Source: Spirochaetota bacterium
GTDB lineage: Bacteria; Spirochaetota; Brevinematia; DTOW01
Direction of reading: 5' to 3'
Assembly: GCA_025061835.1 (NCBI GenBank)
Contig: JANXAC010000006.1
Coordinates: 33,181 to 97,180 of the forward strand
DNA: 64,000 nucleotides
The notes beneath the pieces were generated by a model. It ran no database searches. It saw only the letters and a list, made by a program, of their open reading frames with translations, and was not told the DNA's origin. Position numbers and translations under genes: made by a program. Numbering within the stretch: position 1 is the stretch's first letter; every line of letters begins with the position of its first letter. Positions 40,177 through 49,932 of the stretch are shown in pieces.

Positions 40177-41670
40177 ATGGGAAAACTCTACAACAGTTTA
40201 CCTAATAGTTTTATTAAATCTGTATTAGAAGGTGAGAATGAAGAATTAGTTGAGAAGTTGCTTGAAAACAAAAAACTTTTTGAGACCGAACAAGACAAGG
40301 ATAAGAAAATCATGTATAAGGAGAGGTTTTCAAGTTCTTTTTGGGAGATATATAATGAGATCTTGCTAAAGATAGGGACACAATGGTTTGACAAGACACC
40401 TCTTCCAAAGAGGTTATTCATTAGGTTCGGAATACTTGATCTTAAGTATCTCAGCGTTGAAGATCAGGAAATGATAAAATCTGTTCCTTTGAAGAAAATG
40501 GATAGTGATGATGATGTCTATAACTCTATTTACTATGTAGATGAGTGGATTGAGGCTATCGGAAAAGGTAAGATAGAAGCAAGCACTACCGATGAATTAC
40601 CTAAAAAGAGAAAGAAAACGGGGGGGATGAGTGATGCTGACAAAGAAAAGTTTGAAAGAAAGAGAGGTATTTTAGAAGCAGAGATGTCAGGGCTCAAGGA
40701 ACTTTTAAGAAGAAGACAGCTTCTTGAAGAAACTATACTTCACGACGTTAAGAGAGTCCACGACTTCTCTAGAATGTTTGATGAGATATCTGAAAACAAC
40801 TATTCTGTGAGTTATTCTCAAACGGAGGAAGATACACTTCAAAAAGTTTCTGAGAATGTTAGAGAGGTTATCCGAATAAATAAAGAAATAAATACCATTC
40901 AGCAGAAAGTAGATAAAGTATTAGAAGAGATAAGAAAAATTGAAGCAACACTGGTTAACAATGGTATAGAGGAAGAGTATGAAGTAGATACTTCTACTAT
41001 AAGCACTGAAATACAAACTATAAGGCAGATGACGAAGATGTGCGTTGGAAGACAGGGTAACCACTTCCCAGTCCTTACATCAAGTATGTTACCAAGATCA
41101 CACCTAAAACCTAATTTCAGAGACAATGCTACACAATATATCAAGAGTATATGGGAACTCGATCCTGAAATATTTGATAGAAGAACTAGATCATCTCAAC
41201 TTAAAATAGTCCCATATTTCATTCTAACTATTGGATATGGTAATTATGGAATATGTTGGGAACCATTCAACAAATTTAACAAAATCTCAAGCAAAGGACG
41301 AATAGCAATACCGATATTTTCAAGGAATCCTAAGGAAGTTATAGTTATAGGGCTTGGAGATTTTAGATGGAATATGGCAAAGGAGATGGCTGGCTACCAT
41401 TGGATGGAAGAAGGGCTTACTGGCGATTATTATCAGTATCATGACTCAATAAAATGGAAGGGTGACCTTAGATCAAAGTTTATATACGACTATTACCTCT
41501 GGATTATGAAGGAAAGTGAAGGTATCCAAAAACTCGAGAAAGAAGTAAGAAGAATTTTCTGGTTTAAAATCCCATTCCCAGACAAATTGAAGGAGGAGCT
41601 TAGCAAAAAAGGCTACTACTACCAAGACCTTTACAAGAAAGAGGAAACCAAAAAGCAATCAGGGTATTAG
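40177..41670 (+). CDS. conserved hypothetical protein (spirochaete/clostridial family)
   Basis: 497-aa ORF; YYVDEW...STTDE, coiled coil, G..GICWE, GRIAIP, G.FRW and DY..W..KESEG..KL blocks. Confidence 0.7.
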   Translation: MGKLYNSLPNSFIKSVLEGENEELVEKLLENKKLFETEQDKDKKIMYKERFSSSFWEIYNEILLKIGTQWFDKTPLPKRLFIRFGILDLKYLSVEDQEMIKSVPLKKMDSDDDVYNSIYYVDEWIEAIGKGKIEASTTDELPKKRKKTGGMSDADKEKFERKRGILEAEMSGLKELLRRRQLLEETILHDVKRVHDFSRMFDEISENNYSVSYSQTEEDTLQKVSENVREVIRINKEINTIQQKVDKVLEEIRKIEATLVNNGIEEEYEVDTSTISTEIQTIRQMTKMCVGRQGNHFPVLTSSMLPRSHLKPNFRDNATQYIKSIWELDPEIFDRRTRSSQLKIVPYFILTIGYGNYGICWEPFNKFNKISSKGRIAIPIFSRNPKEVIVIGLGDFRWNMAKEMAGYHWMEEGLTGDYYQYHDSIKWKGDLRSKFIYDYYLWIMKESEGIQKLEKEVRRIFWFKIPFPDKLKEELSKKGYYYQDLYKKEETKKQSGY

Positions 41671-41975
41671 AGGATTAGAATCATAAACAATAATTCAAAT
41701 TACTAACTCACTAACTTTGATTCTATATAGTATTCGTTGCTCCCAAGAATTCACTCTATACTAGATCTTTTGGCCGCTTCTTAAGAGGAGTATTTTAACG
41801 ATTTTCTATAGAGATTGAAATAGAAAAGGAAATAGGAATAAAACTTATCCCCTTATGATTTTCTGAATTCACTAGTGGATTGAATTTTATTTAGATTTAT
41901 CTAACAAAGACTCCATCACAAATTCAGTCAATTCTTCTTGTAAGATTACATTAGACAAGATTAAAATTTAATACT

Positions 41976-42209
41976 ATGAAATACAGAATAAACGTTTTTC
42001 TAAAAAACAATGTTTTTGACCCACAAGGAAATGCTATCATGAGAGTTCTACATAATCTTGGCTATAAAAGTGTAAATGATGTTAGAGTAGGTAAAGTTTT
42101 CCTAATTGACATAAGCGAAGACAGTGAGAATATCATAAAGAAAATATCCGAAGATGTTTTTTCAAACCCCGTTATAGAGAAGTTTGAAATAGAAAAGTTG
42201 GAGGGTTAG
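41976..42209 (+). CDS. purS: phosphoribosylformylglycinamidine synthase subunit PurS
   Basis: DPQG.A, VRVGK and NPVIE motifs. Confidence 0.93.
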   Translation: MKYRINVFLKNNVFDPQGNAIMRVLHNLGYKSVNDVRVGKVFLIDISEDSENIIKKISEDVFSNPVIEKFEIEKLEG

Positions 42210-42210
42210 T

Positions 42211-44964
42211 ATGGATTACAAAGACACATTAAACCTACCTTCCACAACATTTCCGATGAAAGCAAACCTTCCTCAAAGAGAACCAGAATTTATAAAGTTA
42301 TGGAAAGATAAGAGGGTATATGAGAGAACGCTTGAAAGTAGAAGCAAGTCAAAACCATACATCCTTCACGATGGTCCTCCTTACGCAAATGGGCATATTC
42401 ACATAGGTCACGCACTTAATAAAATACTCAAGGACATAATAGTCAAAAATAAACTTCTTGAAGGATATTACTCTATATTCGTTCCTGGGTGGGATTGTCA
42501 TGGTCTTCCGATTGAACTACAAGTAACGAAAAATCTTGGCAACAAAGCAGAGCATACCTCACCAACAGAGATAAGAAAGTTGAGTAGAGAATATGCAACA
42601 AGATACATAAACATCCAGAGAGAAGAGTTTATAAGACTTGGGATTTTTGGACTTTGGGATAAGCCATACTTAACGATGTCAAAGGATTATGAAGCAAACA
42701 TCGCAAGAATGCTAATTGAACTATATGACAGAGGTTATATTTACAAAGGTTTTAAACCTATACACTGGTGCTTCAGTTGTAAAACAGCACTCGCCGAAGC
42801 AGAGATAGAATACTACGAAAAGGAATCTCCATCAATCTATGTTAAATTCCCTGTCTTGAATAACACTTTAGTAGATGGTAAGTTATTTGTCTTGATATGG
42901 ACAACTACACCTTGGACGCTACCAGGTAATACTGCAGTTGCTTTTAGTGAAGAGCTTGAGTATGCCATTGCTTCATTCAAAGATGATGAGTATTACATCA
43001 TAGCAGAACCACTTCTGGATAGTGTAGCAGGAAAAGTTGGAAAGGCTTGGAAATCAATAAAGGGGGTCAGTTTGAATGATATAAGAAATCTTGTAGTTAA
43101 ACATCCTTTTGAGGAAAGAGAATCAAAAGTTGTCTTCGGTGAGCATGTCTCTGCTGAAACTGGAACTGGTATAGTCCATACTGCTCCAGGACACGGAACC
43201 GAAGACTATGAGATAGGAGTTAGATATAAATTACCTATCCTATCACCAGTAGATGACTACGGTAGATTCACAGATGAAGTTTCTGAGTGGAAAGGAATAC
43301 ATGTTTTTGAAGCAAACCAACAGATAATAGAATATCTAGACAAGGTTGGAATGCTACTTCAATACGAGAAATACAAACATCAGTATCCTCACTGTTGGAG
43401 ATGTAAAAATCCTGTGATATTCAGAGCAAAACCACAATGGTTTTTCAATGTGAACAATCCAGAACTTAAGCAAAAAGCATTAGAAGGAATAAACAGTGTG
43501 AAATGGTTTCCAAGTTGGGGTAAGAATAGAATAGAGGCGATGGTAAAAAATAGAACTGATTGGTGTCTTTCAAGACAGAGAGCATGGGGTGTTCCAATAC
43601 CTGCTATAACTTGTAAAAAATGTGGTAAAACCTATCTAGGTGGTGAATGGGGTAAGCATATCTATAATATCTTTCTAAAAGAAGGTATAGATGTTTGGTT
43701 TGAAAAGGATATAAAGGACTTGATAGGAGACTTCAGATGTGAGTGTGGAAGTGATGAGTTTGAGAAAGAGAGAGACATCGTTGATGTTTGGTTTGACTCT
43801 GGAGTAAGCAGCTTCTGTGTTCTTGATGAAAGAGAAGAATTATCTTCACCTGCTGATCTCTATCTTGAAGGTTCAGACCAACACAGAGGTTGGTTTCAGT
43901 CATCTCTCTGGCCCTCTGTTGCTATAAGAGGAATTCCACCATACAAGAATGTGCTAACACACGGGTTTGTCCTTGATGAACAAGGAAGAGCGATGCACAA
44001 GTCCCTTGGTAATGTAGTATCTCCTGAAGAAGTTATTAAGAAATACGGAGCAGATGTCCTTAGACTTTGGGTTGTATCCGAAGACTACACCGAAGACTTG
44101 CGAATCGGAGAACACATACTAGAAAAAGTTGTTGATGCTTACAGAAAAATCAGAAATACCTTCAGATACTTGCTATCAAATCTATACGATTTTAATCTTT
44201 CAGATATGCTTTCTTACGAAAAACTTACTGACATTGATAAATGGGCTTTAGATAAACTCTACAAGACAATGAAAGAAATAAGAGAAAACTATAACAACTA
44301 TGAATTCAACAAAGTTTTCAGAAAAATCTATGACTTCTGTAACATAGATTTGAGTGCTTTCTACTTTGATGTCTTAAAAGATAGGTTATACACCGGTAGG
44401 AAAGATGGTATAAAGAGAAGAAGCTCACAGACTGCGATGTATTATATACTTATACACCTTGTCAAAGCAGTTGCACCAATACTCTCATTCACAGCAGAGG
44501 ATGTTTGGCAAAACTTCTTCAAGGATAGGCTAGGAACAGACTCTGTATTCTTTACCGAGTATGAAGAAGTTAAGGAAGAGTGGAAGAATGACGAGATAAG
44601 TAGAAAATTTGAATACCTAATTCTATCACGAGATGCTACATTAAAAGCACTTGAGATAGCCAGAAGAGATAATCTTATAAACTCATCTCTTGAAGCAAAG
44701 GTCTTCATATACTCAAAAGACAAGAATTTACTAAGCATTTTTGAAGAGTATAAAAAAGACTTATGGGAAATGTTCATAGTTTCGCAGGTTGAAGTAATAG
44801 ATGGAGTATCATCAAAGATAAATTATGAAGAAAATAATATTAAGGTTGGTATTGATAGAGTTGAAGGTAAAAAATGTGAAAGATGTTGGATTTACTCACC
44901 TACTGTCGGTCAAAATTCCCAACACCCAACGATATGTCAGAAATGCATTGAAGCAATATCTTAA
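42211..44964 (+). CDS. ileS: isoleucine--tRNA ligase (type 1)
   Basis: DGPPYANG.HIGH, WTTTPWT, EGSDQHRGWF and C-terminal KCERCW zinc finger. Confidence 0.98.
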   Translation: MDYKDTLNLPSTTFPMKANLPQREPEFIKLWKDKRVYERTLESRSKSKPYILHDGPPYANGHIHIGHALNKILKDIIVKNKLLEGYYSIFVPGWDCHGLPIELQVTKNLGNKAEHTSPTEIRKLSREYATRYINIQREEFIRLGIFGLWDKPYLTMSKDYEANIARMLIELYDRGYIYKGFKPIHWCFSCKTALAEAEIEYYEKESPSIYVKFPVLNNTLVDGKLFVLIWTTTPWTLPGNTAVAFSEELEYAIASFKDDEYYIIAEPLLDSVAGKVGKAWKSIKGVSLNDIRNLVVKHPFEERESKVVFGEHVSAETGTGIVHTAPGHGTEDYEIGVRYKLPILSPVDDYGRFTDEVSEWKGIHVFEANQQIIEYLDKVGMLLQYEKYKHQYPHCWRCKNPVIFRAKPQWFFNVNNPELKQKALEGINSVKWFPSWGKNRIEAMVKNRTDWCLSRQRAWGVPIPAITCKKCGKTYLGGEWGKHIYNIFLKEGIDVWFEKDIKDLIGDFRCECGSDEFEKERDIVDVWFDSGVSSFCVLDEREELSSPADLYLEGSDQHRGWFQSSLWPSVAIRGIPPYKNVLTHGFVLDEQGRAMHKSLGNVVSPEEVIKKYGADVLRLWVVSEDYTEDLRIGEHILEKVVDAYRKIRNTFRYLLSNLYDFNLSDMLSYEKLTDIDKWALDKLYKTMKEIRENYNNYEFNKVFRKIYDFCNIDLSAFYFDVLKDRLYTGRKDGIKRRSSQTAMYYILIHLVKAVAPILSFTAEDVWQNFFKDRLGTDSVFFTEYEEVKEEWKNDEISRKFEYLILSRDATLKALEIARRDNLINSSLEAKVFIYSKDKNLLSIFEEYKKDLWEMFIVSQVEVIDGVSSKINYEENNIKVGIDRVEGKKCERCWIYSPTVGQNSQHPTICQKCIEAIS

Positions 44965-44997
44965 TTATCCTAACTTCTAACATAAGAACCAATTCTT

Positions 44998-46485
44998 CTA
45001 ATTTCTTATTACTTTCTTATCTTTTTGCTTCTTCCTCTTCTTATCTTTTTCTGTCTTCTTCTTTGCTATCTGTTCGTTATCAAACCTCTTCCTGAGACCT
45101 TGAGGCATTGAATAGAAACTTAAGACATTGAATATACTGGGATTAGTGGAGGATATGTAAATGTTCGTGATAGATACATTATCAATATACTTACTCATCA
45201 TTTCACCAGTGTAGTCAGTTAAATTTGACATAGCATTGGAAATTACGATATTCGTAAGCCTTTTGAGTTTCACAAACCAAACATCTTTAAGCGTTTTCTC
45301 ATTATACATAGTGCCTGATATGTATATGAAATTACTATCTACCGATATACCGTAAGGCATTTCGTCATAACTGAAAGAGTAGAACTCTTCCCATCTTATG
45401 TTAAAGTTAGTATCTGTCTCAAAAACAAAGATGTTGTTTGCAGTGTATGGGTCAAACATTGTACCAGTTGCAAAGAAGCTATCTCCAAACTTGAACAAGG
45501 AAGATATACTCCCATTTTTATATGTTTTAACCCATTCAATATCACCATTGGTCCTAACCTTCACAAGAGAGAAGTGTCTAGCGGGTGTTGATATTATAAC
45601 ACCGTCATCCACTTTCAGAACGAAATTAGGTGTCTCCGCAAATTTCGTCCCATAAACTTTTGCCCAGTTCAAATTGTCATTCCTAAACGATAAAATAAGA
45701 ATATCAGTCTCACCAAAACCAAACGACTTTGATTCACCTACAATCCAATACTCCAAGTTATCAAACTCAACTATACTCAAGGGTGTCTCTTTTAGATTAC
45801 CTGTCAATACTATGACATTTGTAAAATCCCCATCTCTTGAAATTCTGACAACAGCAAGAGACAAAACATTTGAAATTATACCCTCTGTAGAAAACGATAG
45901 TATAATGTCTCCGTTTTTTAGAGTTTTGACAACAGGAGATATATCTTTCCTAGAAACACTCTTTAGAACTAAATCCCATTCAATAGAGAAGTTCGTTATC
46001 TTAAGAAGATAAACTGATTTTTCATTCCTAGAGTATATCTCGCCGGACAAATAGATTTTATCACCGTCAACATCAAAATTCAAACCTACCTCATCAAAGT
46101 TATCCTTGCCAACTACTAAATCTCTAACTATAGAGCCATCTCTGTCAATGATGAAAAACCAAATATCACTTAGATTGTTTTTTCTAACTTTACTACCAAC
46201 AAAATACGATTTGCCCTTGACAAATTTCTCGTAATAAATGCTGTCATCTTTTATATCACCATATATCCTGTAGGAAAATAACTCGTTTATAAGAAGTGTA
46301 TTTGTTTGAGTTGTGTCTTCTTTCTTCGGGTTTAGAATGTTATCATCAACAAAATTCCTAAATTTCTTATCGTTATAATAAAGAGCAAATAATATAAATA
46401 AAGCCGTCTGAACGAATAGCAGAATTGATAGAAGTACCACCACAAATTTGAGTCTATTCATAAACTTATTCTTTATCACCTTCAA
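44998..46485 (-). CDS. membrane-anchored beta-propeller-like protein
   Basis: N-terminal TM helix; repeated G.T...D..L.K.D.G...W blades; basic C-terminal tail. Confidence 0.65.
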   Translation of the reverse strand: MKVIKNKFMNRLKFVVVLLSILLFVQTALFILFALYYNDKKFRNFVDDNILNPKKEDTTQTNTLLINELFSYRIYGDIKDDSIYYEKFVKGKSYFVGSKVRKNNLSDIWFFIIDRDGSIVRDLVVGKDNFDEVGLNFDVDGDKIYLSGEIYSRNEKSVYLLKITNFSIEWDLVLKSVSRKDISPVVKTLKNGDIILSFSTEGIISNVLSLAVVRISRDGDFTNVIVLTGNLKETPLSIVEFDNLEYWIVGESKSFGFGETDILILSFRNDNLNWAKVYGTKFAETPNFVLKVDDGVIISTPARHFSLVKVRTNGDIEWVKTYKNGSISSLFKFGDSFFATGTMFDPYTANNIFVFETDTNFNIRWEEFYSFSYDEMPYGISVDSNFIYISGTMYNEKTLKDVWFVKLKRLTNIVISNAMSNLTDYTGEMMSKYIDNVSITNIYISSTNPSIFNVLSFYSMPQGLRKRFDNEQIAKKKTEKDKKRKKQKDKKVIRN

Positions 46486-46694
46486 TCAGTATTACAAATT
46501 ACTAACTGAAGCAAAAAATATCCACTAGTCTAAAAGATTGAAAAATCTTTCACAAACAAAATTACCAATTTAAAGTTCTCTATATCACCTATCAATAAAA
46601 CGTTGAATACATTTATCCAACTTTTAGTTGAAATGGATACAGATACAAAAGAAAACCAAAAATTGGTCAAGAACTTTGCAGAATTCTAACCAGA

Positions 46695-47126
46695 TTACAC
46701 AGTTGATCTCATAACTAATTCTATCTTTCGCGCGTTTCTGTTATACATTTCTATAAGTAGATTGTATCTCATAGCATTTTTAGTGAAATCCACCATCTCT
46801 TTGTCTATATCAACACCATTTTTATCGTTTCTATAGAAAGTATCATAATCTATGCTTATTCTGGGTCTTACCGTCCTATAGTCTATTTTTTCTTCAAAAG
46901 GTATATGCTTAGTGTGTGTCATTCTTGCGGGGTATTCGGTCTTTCTCTCGGATTCTAGTGCTCTCTTGAGTTGAGACTCAAAACTGACTTCTGCTCTCCT
47001 AAATCCAGGTGTGTCTGCGTTAGCGATGTTGTCGGATATAACATTGTGTCTTATTATAACTGCATTCAAGTCTCTCTTTATAAGGTCAAGTAATTTACCA
47101 TCCTTGTTAGTAGTAGAAAATATCAT
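46695..47126 (-). CDS. flgB: flagellar basal-body rod protein FlgB
   Basis: NIANADTPGF, FESQL and RND.NGVDIDKEM motifs. Confidence 0.95.
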   Translation of the reverse strand: MIFSTTNKDGKLLDLIKRDLNAVIIRHNVISDNIANADTPGFRRAEVSFESQLKRALESERKTEYPARMTHTKHIPFEEKIDYRTVRPRISIDYDTFYRNDKNGVDIDKEMVDFTKNAMRYNLLIEMYNRNARKIELVMRSTV

Positions 47127-47191
47127 ATTTATGATTTTCGTTTAAAAATTCTCAAACTTCAGTATTTATAGTAGTTTTATCCTTTGAAAGT

Positions 47192-47719
47192 CTATATCTT
47201 CAAGAGTGTTAATAATTCAAAGAAAATATATCCTCGGTATGATGTATAAATACCTACATTGTAGCCAAACTTAGCACCAAGTTTAAGGCTACGACTAAAG
47301 GAGTATGTTGATGTTAGGTTAGGTCTAAAGTTTGCTCCCAGACTTCCAAGACTAGATAGGTTGTTAAAAGCACTGCTATAAGAGAAGTACAAATCTAGTC
47401 CAAAACCGAGATTGATTTTATCAAAGATGAGTAGATATTCTCCCGATAGTAAAAACCCAAAGTCAATCATATCAACATAATAGTCATTATCGCTACCCCT
47501 TGCATAATGAAAACTCAATCCTCCCCCTAGGTAAATCGGAAGATCAACTTTGAAAAATTCATACATTCCATCTCTTACAACAAAATCAGTCATAATTCCA
47601 ATACCATCTCGGTAAAAAGGCATACCTAGACCAATCGCAACTTCAACACTATGAGCAGTGCTTGTTAAAACTGCAAAAACTAGAAAAATCATCACAACCT
47701 TAACTATCTTATTTTTCAT
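47192..47719 (-). CDS. small outer-membrane beta-barrel protein
   Basis: Signal peptide (AHS), about 8 amphipathic strands. Confidence 0.6.
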   Translation of the reverse strand: MKNKIVKVVMIFLVFAVLTSTAHSVEVAIGLGMPFYRDGIGIMTDFVVRDGMYEFFKVDLPIYLGGGLSFHYARGSDNDYYVDMIDFGFLLSGEYLLIFDKINLGFGLDLYFSYSSAFNNLSSLGSLGANFRPNLTSTYSFSRSLKLGAKFGYNVGIYTSYRGYIFFELLTLLKI

Positions 47720-47924
47720 AATTACCTCCTCAACTAATTAAAGATAATAAAAAAGCTACTCATTAGATTCAAGAGATTCAAGTTGTTCAGACCGAAGCCT
47801 GATAAATTGATTTCGTTTTGGGTTAAACGACAAATAGTGGTCAAGAACATTTAACTTTAAGTTCAATTTATTCTTGCTAAAAATATATTGAAAAGCGCAT
47901 CTATATTTGTTAAATTTATGTTTA

Positions 47925-48122
47925 ATGATACTTACGGTTAATGGAGAAAAAAGAGAGATGAGTCAAAGCAATCTCAAGGAGATTGTAGAAGCATTAGGCT
48001 TTGATACAGATAGGTATGTTGTTGTTTTGAATGGAGAGATTGTGCCTAAAAGTAAAGTAAAGGAAGTAGTAGTTAAAGAAGGTGATGATATTGAGATACT
48101 TACCATAATGGGAGGCGGATAA
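47925..48122 (+). CDS. thiS: sulfur carrier protein ThiS
   Basis: VNGE...LNGEIVPK...GDDIEI...GGG C-terminus; precedes thiG. Confidence 0.93.
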   Translation: MILTVNGEKREMSQSNLKEIVEALGFDTDRYVVVLNGEIVPKSKVKEVVVKEGDDIEILTIMGGG

Positions 48123-48901
48123 TGGAAGACAAACTCGTTCTAGGAGGTGTGTCATTCACTAGTAGGTTAATAATAGGAACTGGTAAATTCAGTAAGTATG
48201 ACTACATACCAGAGATAATATACAAAACTGGCTGTGAATTAGTGACGGTAGCCGTTAGGAGAGCAAGAGACGGTGTTCAAAAACCTCTCAAGGACTACAT
48301 ACCCGAAGGAACAAAAATTCTAGTGAATACATCTGGTGCTAGGAATGCGGAAGAAGCGTTGAAAATTGCGAGAATAGGAAGAGAATTATTAGGAAGCGAT
48401 CTTATAAAGATTGAAATTATACCTGACACGAAATATCTTATGCCCGACAATAGAGAGGTTATAAAGGCTTGCGAACTACTGTCAAACGATGGATTTAAAC
48501 CATTTCCTTATATGATGCCGGATTTGGTTTCTGCGAGATATATGGTTAAAGCAGGTGCGGTTTGTGTGATGCCACTAGGGGCACCTATTGGCACGAACAA
48601 AGGATTGCTTACAAAATATTTCATTGAGATGTTGAAATCCGAACTTGAAGTTCCTGTAATTGTTGATGCTGGTATAGGGAAACCATCTCAAGCAGCGGAG
48701 GCTATGGAGCTAGGAGTTGATGCAGTATTAGTCAACACTGCTATTGCAACGGCTAAAGATCCTGTAAGGATAGCGATAGCATTCGCAAAAGCAGTTGAAG
48801 CAGGAAGGATAGCATACCTTGCCGGTATGCCATCCGAAAAACCTTTCGCAGAGCCATCCTCACCTATGGAGGAGTATCTCACCGGTTTCTTGAAGAAGTA
48901 A
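48122..48901 (+). CDS. thiG: thiazole synthase
   Basis: SRLIIGTGK, NTSGA, MPLGAPIG, VDAGIG.PS and VLVNTAIA motifs. Confidence 0.97.
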   Translation: MEDKLVLGGVSFTSRLIIGTGKFSKYDYIPEIIYKTGCELVTVAVRRARDGVQKPLKDYIPEGTKILVNTSGARNAEEALKIARIGRELLGSDLIKIEIIPDTKYLMPDNREVIKACELLSNDGFKPFPYMMPDLVSARYMVKAGAVCVMPLGAPIGTNKGLLTKYFIEMLKSELEVPVIVDAGIGKPSQAAEAMELGVDAVLVNTAIATAKDPVRIAIAFAKAVEAGRIAYLAGMPSEKPFAEPSSPMEEYLTGFLKK

Positions 48902-49915
48902 TTAATAATGAATGTCTTCTTGCTTTATCTTACCAGCAAATACCTTGTAAACATAAGACTGATATAATCCTACCAACACCAATCCTATCAAAGCAATAAC
49001 AAGTGTTACGATAAGAGTAAGTTCTCCTGACATCGCGTTATAGATAGTTATGTTGTATTTTTCATCAATTGATGACCTCACAAGGTTGGGATACATAGCA
49101 AGACCGAAAGATAGTATAGCAGATATAAGGGTAATGGATGAGAATACAAACGACTTTTTAAAATCTTCCTTTTGTATCTGAAGTCTCAAGATCAGAAAAC
49201 TGACTACCGCTATAGCCGGAACAATTAGGAACAATGGGTACTTTATGAAGTTGTAAAAAATATGTCTTTCAAATATGATTGAGAATAAAAACCATACCAG
49301 CAGTAGAGACAACGACGATAACCAGAACATTTTAGAGAACGATAATATTCTGCTATACAACTGTCCCTCTGTCTTGTTACCCAAATACGCTAGACTGTGT
49401 AATATGACGAATGATAATGTTGTTATAGCGCTTATTAGTGCGAATGGATTAAGTGCTTCTAAAAGGTGTAGTCTGAAAGGTTGATCAGTCATGTTGACAC
49501 CTTTAAGTATATTAGCACCGGCAGCAGAGAAAACTATAACTATTAGCATACTTGATATAGCCAGTATCCAATCCCATACTCCTCTCCAAACCTTTGATTT
49601 GACTTGACTTCTGAATTCAAACGATACTGCTCTAAGAATTAGAGAGAACGCTAGTAACATTATTGGTATATAAGCAGCACTGAAGAACCTAGCATAAGCG
49701 AGAGGAAATACTCCAAAGAGGAATACACCAAAAGCCAAGACCCAAACTTCATTCCCATCCCAAACTCTACCAATAGCATTCAGAATAACTCTTCTATCAT
49801 TGTCATCTTTTGATAGGAATGGAGATATAAACCCTCCGCCTAGATCAAACCCATCAAGTACTACGTAGATTATAAGGAATGTTCCCAAAACGAAGAACCA
49901 AATTTCTGCGAGCAT
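48902..49915 (-). CDS. cydB: cytochrome bd ubiquinol oxidase subunit II
   Basis: LDGFDLG, WDGNEVW and LRAVSFEFR motifs. Confidence 0.96.
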   Translation of the reverse strand: MLAEIWFFVLGTFLIIYVVLDGFDLGGGFISPFLSKDDNDRRVILNAIGRVWDGNEVWVLAFGVFLFGVFPLAYARFFSAAYIPIMLLAFSLILRAVSFEFRSQVKSKVWRGVWDWILAISSMLIVIVFSAAGANILKGVNMTDQPFRLHLLEALNPFALISAITTLSFVILHSLAYLGNKTEGQLYSRILSFSKMFWLSSLSLLLVWFLFSIIFERHIFYNFIKYPLFLIVPAIAVVSFLILRLQIQKEDFKKSFVFSSITLISAILSFGLAMYPNLVRSSIDEKYNITIYNAMSGELTLIVTLVIALIGLVLVGLYQSYVYKVFAGKIKQEDIHY

Positions 49916-49932
49916 GGACTCCCTCCTAAAGA

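Noticed and set aside
41790..41860. ATTGAAA resembling a CRISPR repeat end, plus an IEIEKEIGIKLIPL* fragment
   Set aside because: Single occurrence, no repeat-spacer periodicity, no cas genes; the peptide is too short to assign.
46663..46680. Sigma54-like TGG...TTGCA element
   Set aside because: GG-to-GC spacing is 11 nt rather than 10, and no gene lies downstream on that strand.
47720..47924. TPP riboswitch upstream of thiSG
   Set aside because: No GCTGAGA/CCTGA-AGCG core, and a promoter sits directly before the ATG.
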